From assembly GCA_963847705.1 (NCBI GenBank), contig CAWKBC010000027.1:192001-256000 (forward strand): a stretch of 64,000 bases of DNA, in the 5' to 3' direction. A program made the position numbers and the translations under genes. This DNA comes from an uncultured Pseudomonadota bacterium (GTDB lineage Bacteria; Myxococcota_A; Polyangia; Fen-1088). Positions 18,770-27,709 of the stretch are shown in pieces. The number at the start of each line of letters is the position of its first letter. The first letter of the stretch is position 1. Under the pieces are notes generated by a model. That model saw nothing but the letters and a program-made list of their open reading frames with translations, was not told where the DNA came from and searched no databases.

Positions 18770-19518
18770 TGTCCGAAGCGACGTCCGCGACTTTTCGGGT
18801 CTGGCGTGGCGAGAAGGGGGAGGGCGAGTTCCGCGATTACAAGACCCCGGTCTCCGAGGGGATGGTCGTCCTCGACGCCGTCCACCAGATCCAGGCCGAG
18901 CAGGCCAACGATCTGGCGGTGCGCTGGAACTGCAAGGCCGGCAAGTGCGGGTCGTGCTCGGCCGAGGTCAACGGCATGCCCAAGCTGATGTGCATGACGC
19001 GCCTGTCGGACCTGCCGCTCGACCAGCCGGTCACGGTGCAGCCGATGCAGACCTTCCCGTCGATCCGGGACCTCGTCACCGACGTGTCGTGGAACTTCCG
19101 GGTGAAGAAGGAGATCAAGCCCTTCAAGCCGCGCAAGCCCGACGCCCCCGACGGCACCTGGCGGATGCAGCAGGAAGACATCGAGCGCGTGCAGGAGTTC
19201 CGCAAGTGCATCGAGTGCTTCCTCTGCCAGGACGTCTGCCACGTCCTGCGCGATCACCACAAGCACGAGGAGTTCATCGGCCCGCGCTTCCTGGTGCACG
19301 TCGCCGCGCTGGAGATGCACCCGCTCGACACCGAGGACCGCGTCCCCGAGCTCAAGAAGGCGCACGGCATCGGCTACTGCAACATCACCAAGTGCTGCAC
19401 CAAGGTCTGCCCCGAGCACATCACCATCACCGACAACGCCATCATTCCGCTCAAGGAGCGGGTGGTCGACCGGTTCTACGATCCGGTGGCGCGCCTCTTG
19501 CGCAAGCTCAAGCCGTAA
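18769..19518 (+). CDS. sdhB: Succinate dehydrogenase iron-sulfur subunit
   Basis: CKAGKCGSC...LMC, CIECFLCQDVC, CNITKCCTKVCP. Confidence 0.95.
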   Translation: MSEATSATFRVWRGEKGEGEFRDYKTPVSEGMVVLDAVHQIQAEQANDLAVRWNCKAGKCGSCSAEVNGMPKLMCMTRLSDLPLDQPVTVQPMQTFPSIRDLVTDVSWNFRVKKEIKPFKPRKPDAPDGTWRMQQEDIERVQEFRKCIECFLCQDVCHVLRDHHKHEEFIGPRFLVHVAALEMHPLDTEDRVPELKKAHGIGYCNITKCCTKVCPEHITITDNAIIPLKERVVDRFYDPVARLLRKLKP

Positions 19519-19592
19519 CGGCCCGCCCGCAGCGCGGTCAGCCTCGCCGCAGCCCATCGCGGGAGGCGCGGGATCGTTTGAGCGTGACGAGC

Positions 19593-20180
19593 TCAGTTGC
19601 CGGAAGGTGCGTCGGCGCCGGCGTCGCGCGCGCCGCTGTCACCGGCGTCGGCGCCTCCGTCGTGGAGGATGAAGATCGCGTCGTACTCGCGGTTACCGCC
19701 GTCGATGGTGGCGTAGATTCCACCGCCGGCCGGGTGGTCGGGGATGATGTACGTCGACGGGCCGAGCACCGGGTAGCCCTTGCAGCAGGTCCCCGGCGCG
19801 CTGGTGCGCGCCCCGAACTCGAGCTGGATGACCTCCGAGGGGCGCCCGTCGGTGTAGGGATCGAATTGCACCAGGACGTCGCAGCGGCCGGGACCCACTC
19901 CCGTGACGGTGGTGTGGGTGCAGTAGGTGGTGCTCTCATCGCCGGTGCAGAGGACCGCAGAGGCCGGGGGGCAGGCCGGTCCGTTGACGTCGAAGCCGAT
20001 CGACAGCTCGGCGTCGTCGTTCGACCCGATGTAGACGGTGGCGGCTGGGCAGTTGCTGGCGCAGTTGCTGGCGCAGCCGTGCTGCGCGGTGAAGACGGCC
20101 AGCAGAAATCCGACGAGCGCGGAGGCGGTCAGCGACGAGAACAGCTTAAGCGACGAGAAAGGCTTCCAAAAAGGCTTCAT
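19593..20180 (-). CDS. Cys-rich exported/lipoprotein, hypothetical
   Basis: ATG at 20180 (MKPFWKP...), hydrophobic signal, HGC, multiple Cys, DGG/DAG tail. Confidence 0.6.
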   Translation of the reverse strand: MKPFWKPFSSLKLFSSLTASALVGFLLAVFTAQHGCASNCASNCPAATVYIGSNDDAELSIGFDVNGPACPPASAVLCTGDESTTYCTHTTVTGVGPGRCDVLVQFDPYTDGRPSEVIQLEFGARTSAPGTCCKGYPVLGPSTYIIPDHPAGGGIYATIDGGNREYDAIFILHDGGADAGDSGARDAGADAPSGN

Positions 20181-20324
20181 GATTGGCGGCGGATCATATC
20201 TCCGGAAGTGACCGCGCGAGACTAATTCACCCCGCGCCCAAAAGCCGGTGACCGGGCACACGGCTCGTTTCTTTTGGGCGGCGGCTTGGTCTATGCTCGC
20301 CGCCCTCGGAGGGGCAAAAGGAAA

Positions 20325-21527
20325 ATGACGCGTCTCAATTCGTTGGTTCTTGGTCTCGGTCTCGGTCTCGGTCTGGGCGCGATGTCGTGCGCCGGCTCCG
20401 GTGCGGCGTCGATGAAGCCGGTTCCGGTGGTGCCGGCCACCACGCCCCACGCGCCCGACGTGAATCCGTTCGTCGGCGCGAAGATGTATGTGAACCCCGA
20501 ATATCATGCCACGGTCGAGGCGCTGGCGGCCAAGCACCCGGCCGAGGCGGCGAAGCTGAAGAAGCTGGCCGCCTTCCCGACGGCGATCTGGTTCAGCAAG
20601 ATCGCCGACCTGGGGACGTTGCCGCACACGCTCGACGACGCGATGGCGCAGCAGACCGCGGGCGGCCAGCCGGTGGTGCCGGTGTTCGTCGTCTACAACA
20701 TGCCGGGGCGCGATTGCGCCGCCGCCGCCTCGGCCGGCGAGCTCGGCCCGAACGACGCGGGGGAAGCGCGCTACCAGAAGGAGTACATCGACGTCATCGC
20801 TGCGGCCCTGGCGGCGCACCCCAAGCTGAACACGGCCCTGATCGTCGAGCCAGATTCGCTGGCCAACCTGGTGACCAACCTCGAGAAGCCCAACTGCGCG
20901 GCGGCCGAGGGGATCTACAAGCGCGCCATCGCCTACGCGATCGCCAAGCTCTCGCTTCCGAACGCCTTCCTCTACGTCGACGCTGCGCACGCCGGCTGGC
21001 TCGGCTGGCCGCGCAACCTGGTGAAGAGCCTGGCCGTCTACAAAGAGGTGCTGGCGATGGCGGGCGGCCCGGAGCGCATCCGCGGCTTCGCCACCGACGT
21101 CTCGAACTACGACCCCTCCAAGGACCCCACCGCGCCCAAGCGCGATCCGGCCGCCGCGCCCAACGACGAGCTCGGCTACGTCGAGGATCTGGCGAAGGGG
21201 TTGCCGACGGTGGGGATCACGGGCAAGGGGTTCGTGATCGACACCGGCCGCGACGGCGTCGCCAACGTGCGGACCTCGCCGGGCAACTGGTGCAACATCA
21301 AGGGCGCGGGTCTGGGTGAGCGCCCGCAGGCCGCCCCGGCGCCCAACGTCGACGCCTATCTCTGGATCAAGGTCCCCGGCGAGTCTGACGGAACCGCCGA
21401 CGCCAAGGCGGCGCGGTTCGACGAGAACTGCGTCTCCGACGACGCCTCTCCCGGCGCCCCCGAGGCCGGTCTCCTGTTCGAGCCGTATCTGCTCGACCTC
21501 GTCAAGAACGCGAATCCGCCTCTCTAG
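20325..21527 (+). CDS. Glycoside hydrolase family 6 (cellobiohydrolase/endoglucanase) lipoprotein
   Basis: VYNMPGRDC, EPDSLANLVTN (catalytic Asp), HAGWLGW, DTGRDG, GNWCN, WIKVPGESDG; lipobox AMSC. Confidence 0.9.
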   Translation: MTRLNSLVLGLGLGLGLGAMSCAGSGAASMKPVPVVPATTPHAPDVNPFVGAKMYVNPEYHATVEALAAKHPAEAAKLKKLAAFPTAIWFSKIADLGTLPHTLDDAMAQQTAGGQPVVPVFVVYNMPGRDCAAAASAGELGPNDAGEARYQKEYIDVIAAALAAHPKLNTALIVEPDSLANLVTNLEKPNCAAAEGIYKRAIAYAIAKLSLPNAFLYVDAAHAGWLGWPRNLVKSLAVYKEVLAMAGGPERIRGFATDVSNYDPSKDPTAPKRDPAAAPNDELGYVEDLAKGLPTVGITGKGFVIDTGRDGVANVRTSPGNWCNIKGAGLGERPQAAPAPNVDAYLWIKVPGESDGTADAKAARFDENCVSDDASPGAPEAGLLFEPYLLDLVKNANPPL

Positions 21528-21600
21528 GCGACGGAGTTTTGCAGAGCCCGTGAGCGCGTCCGCGCGCGCGGAGTGACAGGTTCGCGTAGGCTGCGCGCCG

Positions 21601-22890
21601 ATGCGACGGCAGTCGTTCTCGGCGCTCGCCGTTCTTCTCGCGCTGGGCGCGGCGACCACGGCGCGTGGCCAGTCGGCGCCGTCGGACCAGTCGGCGCCCG
21701 GCGCTCCGGCGCCGCCGCAGTGGACGCCGGCGGCGCGGCTGTCGCTGGTGGTCGATGCGCGCGGCGAGCTCGGTCAGGGGAGCGTCAAGGGGATCGACCT
21801 CGGGCTGGTGGGCGCCGGGATCGAATGGCGCGCCACCCCGACGCTGCGCCTGCAGGCCAGCGCGCTCTTGCTGGGCGCCACCGGAAGCGATGAGGTGGGC
21901 GAGGCCGCCAGCGGTGGCGCCGGCGGTGAGCTGGCGATGCGCCTGCTTCCGTTTCCGCGCGGTCCCCTGCGTCCCTACCTGCGCGCCTCGGGAGGGTTGC
22001 TGCTGTTCCTGCGGCATCCGTTTCTTCCCGGCGGCGACGCCTACGATTTCATCCTGCAGCTGGGGGCCGGCCTGGAGGTGCCGCTCGGCGCGCGGCTGTC
22101 GCTGTTCGCCGATCTGCACGCGGTTCATCTCTCGAACGGGCAGGGGCTCGGCCCCTTCAACCCGGCGTTCACCGGCGAAGGCGGGTTGATCGGCGCGGCG
22201 TACGCCCTGGCGGCGCCTGGACCCGCCGAAGCGCCCGCGCCGGTCGCGACCGTCGACGAGGCGCGGCCGGACTGGCGCCCGGGCGCGACGTTCGACGCCG
22301 GGGCCGGGCAGGCGGCCGGCGCGACGGAGTGGGCCGTGCGCGATCGCGTCGCCCAGAAGCTGACGCGGCACACGCTGGCGCTGATGGACATCGAATCGGG
22401 GATGGTCGATGCGGCGCACTTCGTCGAGGCGGGGCTCGATCTGGCCGGCCACTGGACCTTCGTGTCGGCGGGCGTCCACAGCGGGTACCGGCACCTCGCC
22501 GGCAGCGGGACCTTCGTCGAGTCGGCGCAGGTCGAGGCTGTGCTCAGCCGCGAGGCCTCGCTGGTGCTGGTGGGGCAGCTGGACCTCCCGCGCTCCGCGC
22601 CGGACGCCCTGGTCACCGCCGCGGTCCTGCGGCTGTTCCCCCTCGAGACCCTGCTGCTCGAGCTCGGCGGTGGCGTCAGGCACGTCGGCGGGCCATCGGC
22701 CGGCGATGCGTTCAGCCCCTATCTGGCGGTCGATTGGCAGCTCCCGTTCGGCGTGCGGACCTGGCAGGCCTCGCTGTTCATCGAGCGCCAGCTCGACGAG
22801 CTCCAGATCGCCGGCGCGCGCATCTCCTGGGACATGGGGCGCACGCTCTACAATCTGGTTCGCCGCACCGGGTGGCGTCGCCTGCGCTAG
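21601..22890 (+). CDS. Outer-membrane beta-barrel protein with a PagL-like (lipid A deacylase/acyloxyacyl hydrolase) domain
   Basis: Signal peptide; F..Q.GAG...HLSNG His-Ser dyad; Pro/Ala linker and a second beta-rich domain. Confidence 0.6.
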   Translation: MRRQSFSALAVLLALGAATTARGQSAPSDQSAPGAPAPPQWTPAARLSLVVDARGELGQGSVKGIDLGLVGAGIEWRATPTLRLQASALLLGATGSDEVGEAASGGAGGELAMRLLPFPRGPLRPYLRASGGLLLFLRHPFLPGGDAYDFILQLGAGLEVPLGARLSLFADLHAVHLSNGQGLGPFNPAFTGEGGLIGAAYALAAPGPAEAPAPVATVDEARPDWRPGATFDAGAGQAAGATEWAVRDRVAQKLTRHTLALMDIESGMVDAAHFVEAGLDLAGHWTFVSAGVHSGYRHLAGSGTFVESAQVEAVLSREASLVLVGQLDLPRSAPDALVTAAVLRLFPLETLLLELGGGVRHVGGPSAGDAFSPYLAVDWQLPFGVRTWQASLFIERQLDELQIAGARISWDMGRTLYNLVRRTGWRRLR

Positions 22891-22897
22891 ACCGCTT

Positions 22898-23500
22898 TCA
22901 AATTGACCCGAGGGAATAGCCGGCGAAGGTGAGCCAGGCTCTGACGTCGGCGTTGGAGATGGTGGTCATGGCGAAGGCGACGGCGTCGTCGAAGGCCTCG
23001 CGGGAGAGCGTGGGCAAGCGTCGGAGGAGGTCCTTGAGCTTGGCCCATGCCTTCTCGATGGGGTTGTACTCGGGGGAGTACGGCGGAAGGAAGAGGGCCT
23101 CCGCGCCAGCGGCGCGTATCGCCGCGAGGGCCGCCGGGCCCTTGTGGACGCCCAGGTTGTCCATCACGACGATGTCGCCGGGCCGCAGGTTCGGGACGAG
23201 CTGCTGCTGGACGTAGGCCAGAAAAACGTCGCCGTCGGTGGGTGCGTCAATCGTCACGAAGCCGCGCCAGCCATCGAGAGCAAGAGCTCCGATCATCGTC
23301 ATCGTGCACCAGTCCCCGTGTGTCGCTTTTCCCGGTGCTTTCTCACCGATCGGCGCCCAGCCGTAGTTCTGGGGCGTCCCCAATCGGAAGCCGGACTCGT
23401 CGAGAAAAATCAGCCTCGTCGGGTCGAGCTGGTGCTGCTGAGCGACGAAGGTCGCCCGCTTCGCTTGGACGTCCCAGCGGTCTTGTTCGCGGGCGACCAC
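22898..23500 (-). CDS. IS630 transposase, DDE part (orfB)
   Basis: IFLDESG, VVMDNL..HK, FLPPYSPEYNPIE..WAKLK; stop codon lies inside the left IR. Confidence 0.9.
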   Translation of the reverse strand: MVAREQDRWDVQAKRATFVAQQHQLDPTRLIFLDESGFRLGTPQNYGWAPIGEKAPGKATHGDWCTMTMIGALALDGWRGFVTIDAPTDGDVFLAYVQQQLVPNLRPGDIVVMDNLGVHKGPAALAAIRAAGAEALFLPPYSPEYNPIEKAWAKLKDLLRRLPTLSREAFDDAVAFAMTTISNADVRAWLTFAGYSLGSI

Positions 23501-23846
23501 TGCTTTTTTTATGAGTCCATCCGCAGGCGCGGACCGCCAACCACATCGTCCCCAGACTCACCCGTTTCCCCGCGTGCTCCTGCCACGCAGCGATGCGGTC
23601 AATGAGTCGCCCATCCGGATTCGCTGCCAGGTGCTCCCGCAGCCATCCCAGGTCGATCTCTCGCTTCCGGTTTCCGCCTCTCGGCTTGTGCTGGACGTCG
23701 CCCGTCTCTCGCTGTCGTCGCAAGAGACGACTCACCGTCGCCTCGCCCACTCCGAACAGTGCCGCCGTCGCCGCGTAGGAACCGCTCTTCTTCGAGCGAT
23801 ACGCCGCTACCAGGCGCCTCCGAAGATCGATCGATGTTTCCGCCAT
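23501..23846 (-). CDS. IS630 transposase, HTH part (orfA); joined to orfB by a frameshift at an A7 run
   Basis: SIDLRRRLV...AALFGVGEATVSR...GWTHKK; orfA frame stays open to 23343, orfB is in the +1 frame. Confidence 0.85.
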
Positions 23847-23924
23847 CCCGATGTTTGATCACGCCTGATCGATCGGGTCAATTCAAAAGCGGTCTAGGCG
23901 CGGCGCGACGCCGTCGCCCGCCGC

Positions 23925-24410
23925 TCACGAATAAAGCGGGAGCGCCCAGGTCGATGTCGGCGTGGGCTTCGACTTCGGCCCATCCCAGGCGCCCGGCTGG
24001 ATGCCGAACCGCGACAGACAGGTGTCGAGGTGGCAGGCATGATCCTCGATGATCTGACACTTCTCGTCGTGGCAGAGGCCGGTGCAGGGTCCGTCGATCA
24101 GCGCCAGCACGGTCGCCCGGAACAGCAGGACCTTGCGCCGTTGTTCGATGGGAAGATCGTGGTAGTCGACCTTGAACATCGCGCCCGGAGAATCGAGCGG
24201 CTTCGTCTGCCGCGTCCAGACCTCGTGGAGGCGCGCACCGCTGCTCGCCGCGCCGCACAGCACCGCCTCCACGCCGGCCAGCGCCTCCTCGCGCTCCTGG
24301 GGTGAAGCCTCGTCCCAATCGGGCAACCCGTACTCGCCCAGCGCCCGCGCGTAGACCCGGCGCGCCTCGTAGGCGATGCGCGCGATGGCGGATGGCGCGA
24401 CGACGCTCAT
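23925..24410 (-). CDS. Hypothetical protein with a degenerate RyR-like domain
   Basis: IARIAYEARRVY...WDEA...LHEVW...VDYHDLPIEQRRKVLLFRA resembles prokaryotic/phage RyR domains; ATG overlaps the upstream stop. Confidence 0.5.
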   Translation of the reverse strand: MSVVAPSAIARIAYEARRVYARALGEYGLPDWDEASPQEREEALAGVEAVLCGAASSGARLHEVWTRQTKPLDSPGAMFKVDYHDLPIEQRRKVLLFRATVLALIDGPCTGLCHDEKCQIIEDHACHLDTCLSRFGIQPGAWDGPKSKPTPTSTWALPLYS

Positions 24411-24784
24411 TGCAGCGCCCACAGGTTGCCGGTTTCGCTCATGCGGGCGTGCCACAGAACGAACGAGGGGCCACCGGCGGCCACGGCGCACAGCTCCTGC
24501 TTCGCGCCCACCTCGACATGCGCGCTCCTCGTCACCCACTGCGCGAAGGGGGTGAGGTGGCAATCGCGATCGTCGCCGTGGACCCGGTCGACCAGGAAGA
24601 GCTTCACGCCGTGCGGGCCGTCCACGCTGGTGTGGACGCTCTCCGCGGGGCCCGCGACCAGCATGCGCCCGCCGTCGCCCACCTGCGCCGAGCCGCGCAG
24701 CTCGTTCGGCTGGCTGCGGCCGCTCGAACCGTGCGCGCACCCGGCCGCCATCGCCAGCCCCAACACCATCAACTTCAACTTCAT
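24407..24784 (-). CDS. Small lipoprotein, hypothetical
   Basis: RBS AAGGAG; MKLKLMVLGLAMAAGC lipobox. Confidence 0.7.
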   Translation of the reverse strand: MKLKLMVLGLAMAAGCAHGSSGRSQPNELRGSAQVGDGGRMLVAGPAESVHTSVDGPHGVKLFLVDRVHGDDRDCHLTPFAQWVTRSAHVEVGAKQELCAVAAGGPSFVLWHARMSETGNLWALQ

Positions 24785-25001
24785 GATCCGCTCCTTTGTC
24801 TCGTCGGTTTTCATCTCGGGTTCGCATCCATTACGGAGCGGGCGAAGAAAGATTTCTCGCGCGGGCAAAAAAAAGAATCGCAGCTTGCGAAGCGTGCGCG
24901 GCCTACCCAGCGTGCGCCGGGCACGTCGTCGGCGCAGCGTGCGATTGAACAATTTTTTGCTCCTTGAGAAACTGCCGGCGGCCACGGCCGTAGGGGAGAG
25001 C

Positions 25002-25619
25002 ATGCTGAGCAAAGCTGAGGTGGTGGCCGGGGCGGGGGGCATGAGCGCCGACGAGGCGATGAGTCAGTACGCCCAGGGGGACGCGGCGGCGTTCGAGATC
25101 GTCTATGAAGTGGTGGCGCCCCGCATCGAGGGGTACGTGCGCCGCAAGGTGCGCGACAGCGCGCGGGTCGAGGACATCGTCCAGCAGACCTTCGAGAATA
25201 TGCACCGGGCGCGGGGCCGCTTCATTCCCGGGTCGGACGTCCTCAACTGGGCCTTCGCCATCGCGCGCAATCTGGTGATCGACACCGGGAAGAAGGCGGG
25301 GCGCGAGTCGTCCGCCGACATGAGCGAGGAGAACGACACGATGGGGGCCGTCCTGGCGGCCGCCGTCGCCGGCGGCGAGGAGCTGTTCTTCGCGCGCGAG
25401 ACCGGCGCGCTGCTGGTGCGCAGCTTCGGGCGGCTCAGCAAGCTGCAACAGGAGGTGTTCGAGCTGGTGAAGCTGGAGGGGCTGTCGTACCAGCAGGCGG
25501 CGGCCACCCTGGGGATCACCGTTCCCAGCGTCCGGATGTACGCCCATCGCGCGTACCTCGCCTTGCGCGAGGCAGCCGGCGGCGAGCGAATGCCTGATGC
25601 ACCTGTGGTCACTGCCTGA
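25002..25619 (+). CDS. ECF RNA polymerase sigma factor
   Basis: Region 2 (VEDIVQQTF...WAFAIARNLVID) and region 4 (EGLSYQQAAATLG...HRAY). Confidence 0.9.
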   Translation: MLSKAEVVAGAGGMSADEAMSQYAQGDAAAFEIVYEVVAPRIEGYVRRKVRDSARVEDIVQQTFENMHRARGRFIPGSDVLNWAFAIARNLVIDTGKKAGRESSADMSEENDTMGAVLAAAVAGGEELFFARETGALLVRSFGRLSKLQQEVFELVKLEGLSYQQAAATLGITVPSVRMYAHRAYLALREAAGGERMPDAPVVTA

Positions 25620-25651
25620 GCTGTTACATTTCTCCATCCGAAGGAATCCCC

Positions 25652-26305
25652 ATGCCCCTCTCTCCTGATTTCAAGCGCCGTGTGCTCGCCTCGGTGCGCG
25701 ACGTTCCGGCACCGACGCGCAAAGAGACCTTGCAGCGTCAGGCCTGGCTGGTGGCCGCCGGCCTGACCGGCGCGCTGCTGCTGTTCTGGAGGCAGGGGGG
25801 CGTGCGCGCGACGTCGCGGCCGCCCTCGCTCATCGCGCTCACCAGCGTCGGCACGGCGATCTTCGTGGGGGTCGGCATGTGGCTGCTGTTCACCCGCGGC
25901 CCCACGGGGCTGCGCCGCCCCCGCACGGTGCTGCTGGGCGCTGCGATCCTTTCGGCCGCGGGCTTCGTCACCTGGCGCTACGGCATCAGCTCGCTCTATG
26001 GCCGCGCCGGCGCCTGGCCGGGGCGCGTCGGTCTGCGGTGCCTGGTGCTCAGCGTGGGGACGGGGGGACTGATGCTCTTCGCCGCGCTGATGTCCTGGCG
26101 CCGGAGCGATCCCATCACCCCGCGCGCCACCGGCGCCGCCTTCGGGGCCGGCGCCGGCCTGGGCAGCGCGCTCCTGGTCGATCTCTGGTGCCCGGTCGGG
26201 TACGTGCCGCACCTGCTGCTCGGCCACGTCCTGCCCATCGCCATCCTCGCCGTGGCCGGCGGGCTCATTGGTGATCGCGTCCTCAGCATCGTCCGCCGGC
26301 GCTGA
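25652..26305 (+). CDS. nrsF: NrsF-family (DUF1109) membrane anti-sigma factor
   Basis: Six TM helices, conserved Cys pair (LRC; DLWCP...HLLLGH); directly after the ECF sigma. Confidence 0.7.
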   Translation: MPLSPDFKRRVLASVRDVPAPTRKETLQRQAWLVAAGLTGALLLFWRQGGVRATSRPPSLIALTSVGTAIFVGVGMWLLFTRGPTGLRRPRTVLLGAAILSAAGFVTWRYGISSLYGRAGAWPGRVGLRCLVLSVGTGGLMLFAALMSWRRSDPITPRATGAAFGAGAGLGSALLVDLWCPVGYVPHLLLGHVLPIAILAVAGGLIGDRVLSIVRRR

Positions 26306-26340
26306 GCCGGTCCAGCTGAGCCGGTCCAGCTGAGCCGGTC
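26301..26340. repeat. 14-bp tandem repeat (about 3 copies) starting at the nrsF stop codon
   Basis: gctgagccggtcca x2 plus gctgagccggtc. Confidence 0.8.
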
Positions 26341-26409
26341 GTCGAGGCTTGCCGATACGGCCGAGCCGGAGCCGGGCCGGTCGCTGTTTGAGGCACGCGC
26401 CGCAGGTTG

Positions 26410-27645
26410 ATGCTAAACCGAGGGGCCTTGTCCGAACCGAGCACGCCCAAGCAGAGGATTGGACCCCGGCGCCGCGGCCGGTTCATCGTCATGGTCTTCC
26501 TGATCGCCTTCGGCGTGCAGGTGCCACTCTGCGCCGCGCTGATGCACCTGACCGGCCGCCCCGGGCCCGTCTTGGCCGTCGCCGGCGCGATCACCTTCGG
26601 GTTCATCGTCTCGCTGTTCGGTGGGCGGAGCAGCATGGGGGCGCCCGGACGGTTGCGCCTCTACCTGGTCCTCTGGCCGTTCTTCATCTGGTGGACGCTG
26701 GGGCTGTTGTTCGCGGCCCTGGCGCCGCTGGCGTTCATCGCGGCGGCCCTGCTTCACGCGCCGCTCGGTGCCGCCTGGACGGCCGGGCTCGGGGCCGCGC
26801 TGGTCGGCACCCTGATGGCGTTCGTGGGCGGCCCGCGCCTGCGCGAGCACGAGATCGAGATCGCCGGGCTCCCGAACCAGTTCGACGGCTATCGGGTGGC
26901 GCAGATCTCCGACCTGCATTGCGGTCCGTTTGCCGACGGCGCGCGCGTCGATCGCTGGGTGGCCGCGGTCAACCGGCTGGAGGTGGATCTGGTGGCGGTC
27001 ACTGGCGACCTCATCGCCAGCGGCTCGACGTTCGTGCCGGTGGTGGCGACCTCGCTCGGCAAGCTGCGCGGCCGCGACGGCGTCTTCGCCTGCATGGGCA
27101 ACCACGACTACTTCACCGACGGGGAAGAGATGGCCTCCGCGCTGGAGCGGGCCGGGTTGACGCTGCTGCGGAACCGCGGGGTCTCGATCCGGCGCGACGA
27201 CGCCGTGCTCTACGTGGCGGGCGTCGACGACACCTGGACCAAGCGGAACGATCTCGACCGCGCGCTGGCCGACCGGCCGGCCGCCGCGTCGACCCTGCTG
27301 CTGGCGCACGATCCGGTCCTGTTTCCCGACGCGGCCAAGCGCGGCGTCGATCTGACGCTCTCCGGGCACACGCACGGAGGACAGATCGGCGTCCCGTTTT
27401 TTGCGCGGCGGTTCAACCTGGCGCGCGTCATCACGCGCTTCACGACCGGGCTCTACCGAATGGGGACGGCGGCGCTCTACGTGAACCGCGGCCTCGGCAC
27501 CACCGGCATGCCGATCCGTCTGTCGGTCCCGGCCGAGATCGCCGTGCTGACGCTTCGCCGTGCCCCGCCAGGGGTGGGGGCCGAAACCAGCGCCGCCTCG
27601 GACACGTCCGAAATTGCCATGCCGGACGGCCTGTTACGGGCCTGA
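26410..27645 (+). CDS. Membrane-anchored metallophosphoesterase (YkuE-like)
   Basis: N-terminal TMs; SDLH, TGD, GNHD, AHDP, SGHTHGGQ, YVNRGLG. Confidence 0.9.
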   Translation: MLNRGALSEPSTPKQRIGPRRRGRFIVMVFLIAFGVQVPLCAALMHLTGRPGPVLAVAGAITFGFIVSLFGGRSSMGAPGRLRLYLVLWPFFIWWTLGLLFAALAPLAFIAAALLHAPLGAAWTAGLGAALVGTLMAFVGGPRLREHEIEIAGLPNQFDGYRVAQISDLHCGPFADGARVDRWVAAVNRLEVDLVAVTGDLIASGSTFVPVVATSLGKLRGRDGVFACMGNHDYFTDGEEMASALERAGLTLLRNRGVSIRRDDAVLYVAGVDDTWTKRNDLDRALADRPAAASTLLLAHDPVLFPDAAKRGVDLTLSGHTHGGQIGVPFFARRFNLARVITRFTTGLYRMGTAALYVNRGLGTTGMPIRLSVPAEIAVLTLRRAPPGVGAETSAASDTSEIAMPDGLLRA

Positions 27646-27709
27646 GACCGCGCTCACAAAGTTAGAAATTCAGGCGATCCCCTAGAAACCCCCTTCCCAG
27701 AAGGGGGAA

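Larger units (their letters stand above)
22890..23894 (-). mobile_element. IS630-family insertion sequence, complete
   Basis: 22-bp terminal inverted repeats (gaccgctttcaaattgacccga / gaccgcttttgaattgacccga); TA target duplication at 22888-9 and 23895-6. Confidence 0.92.
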
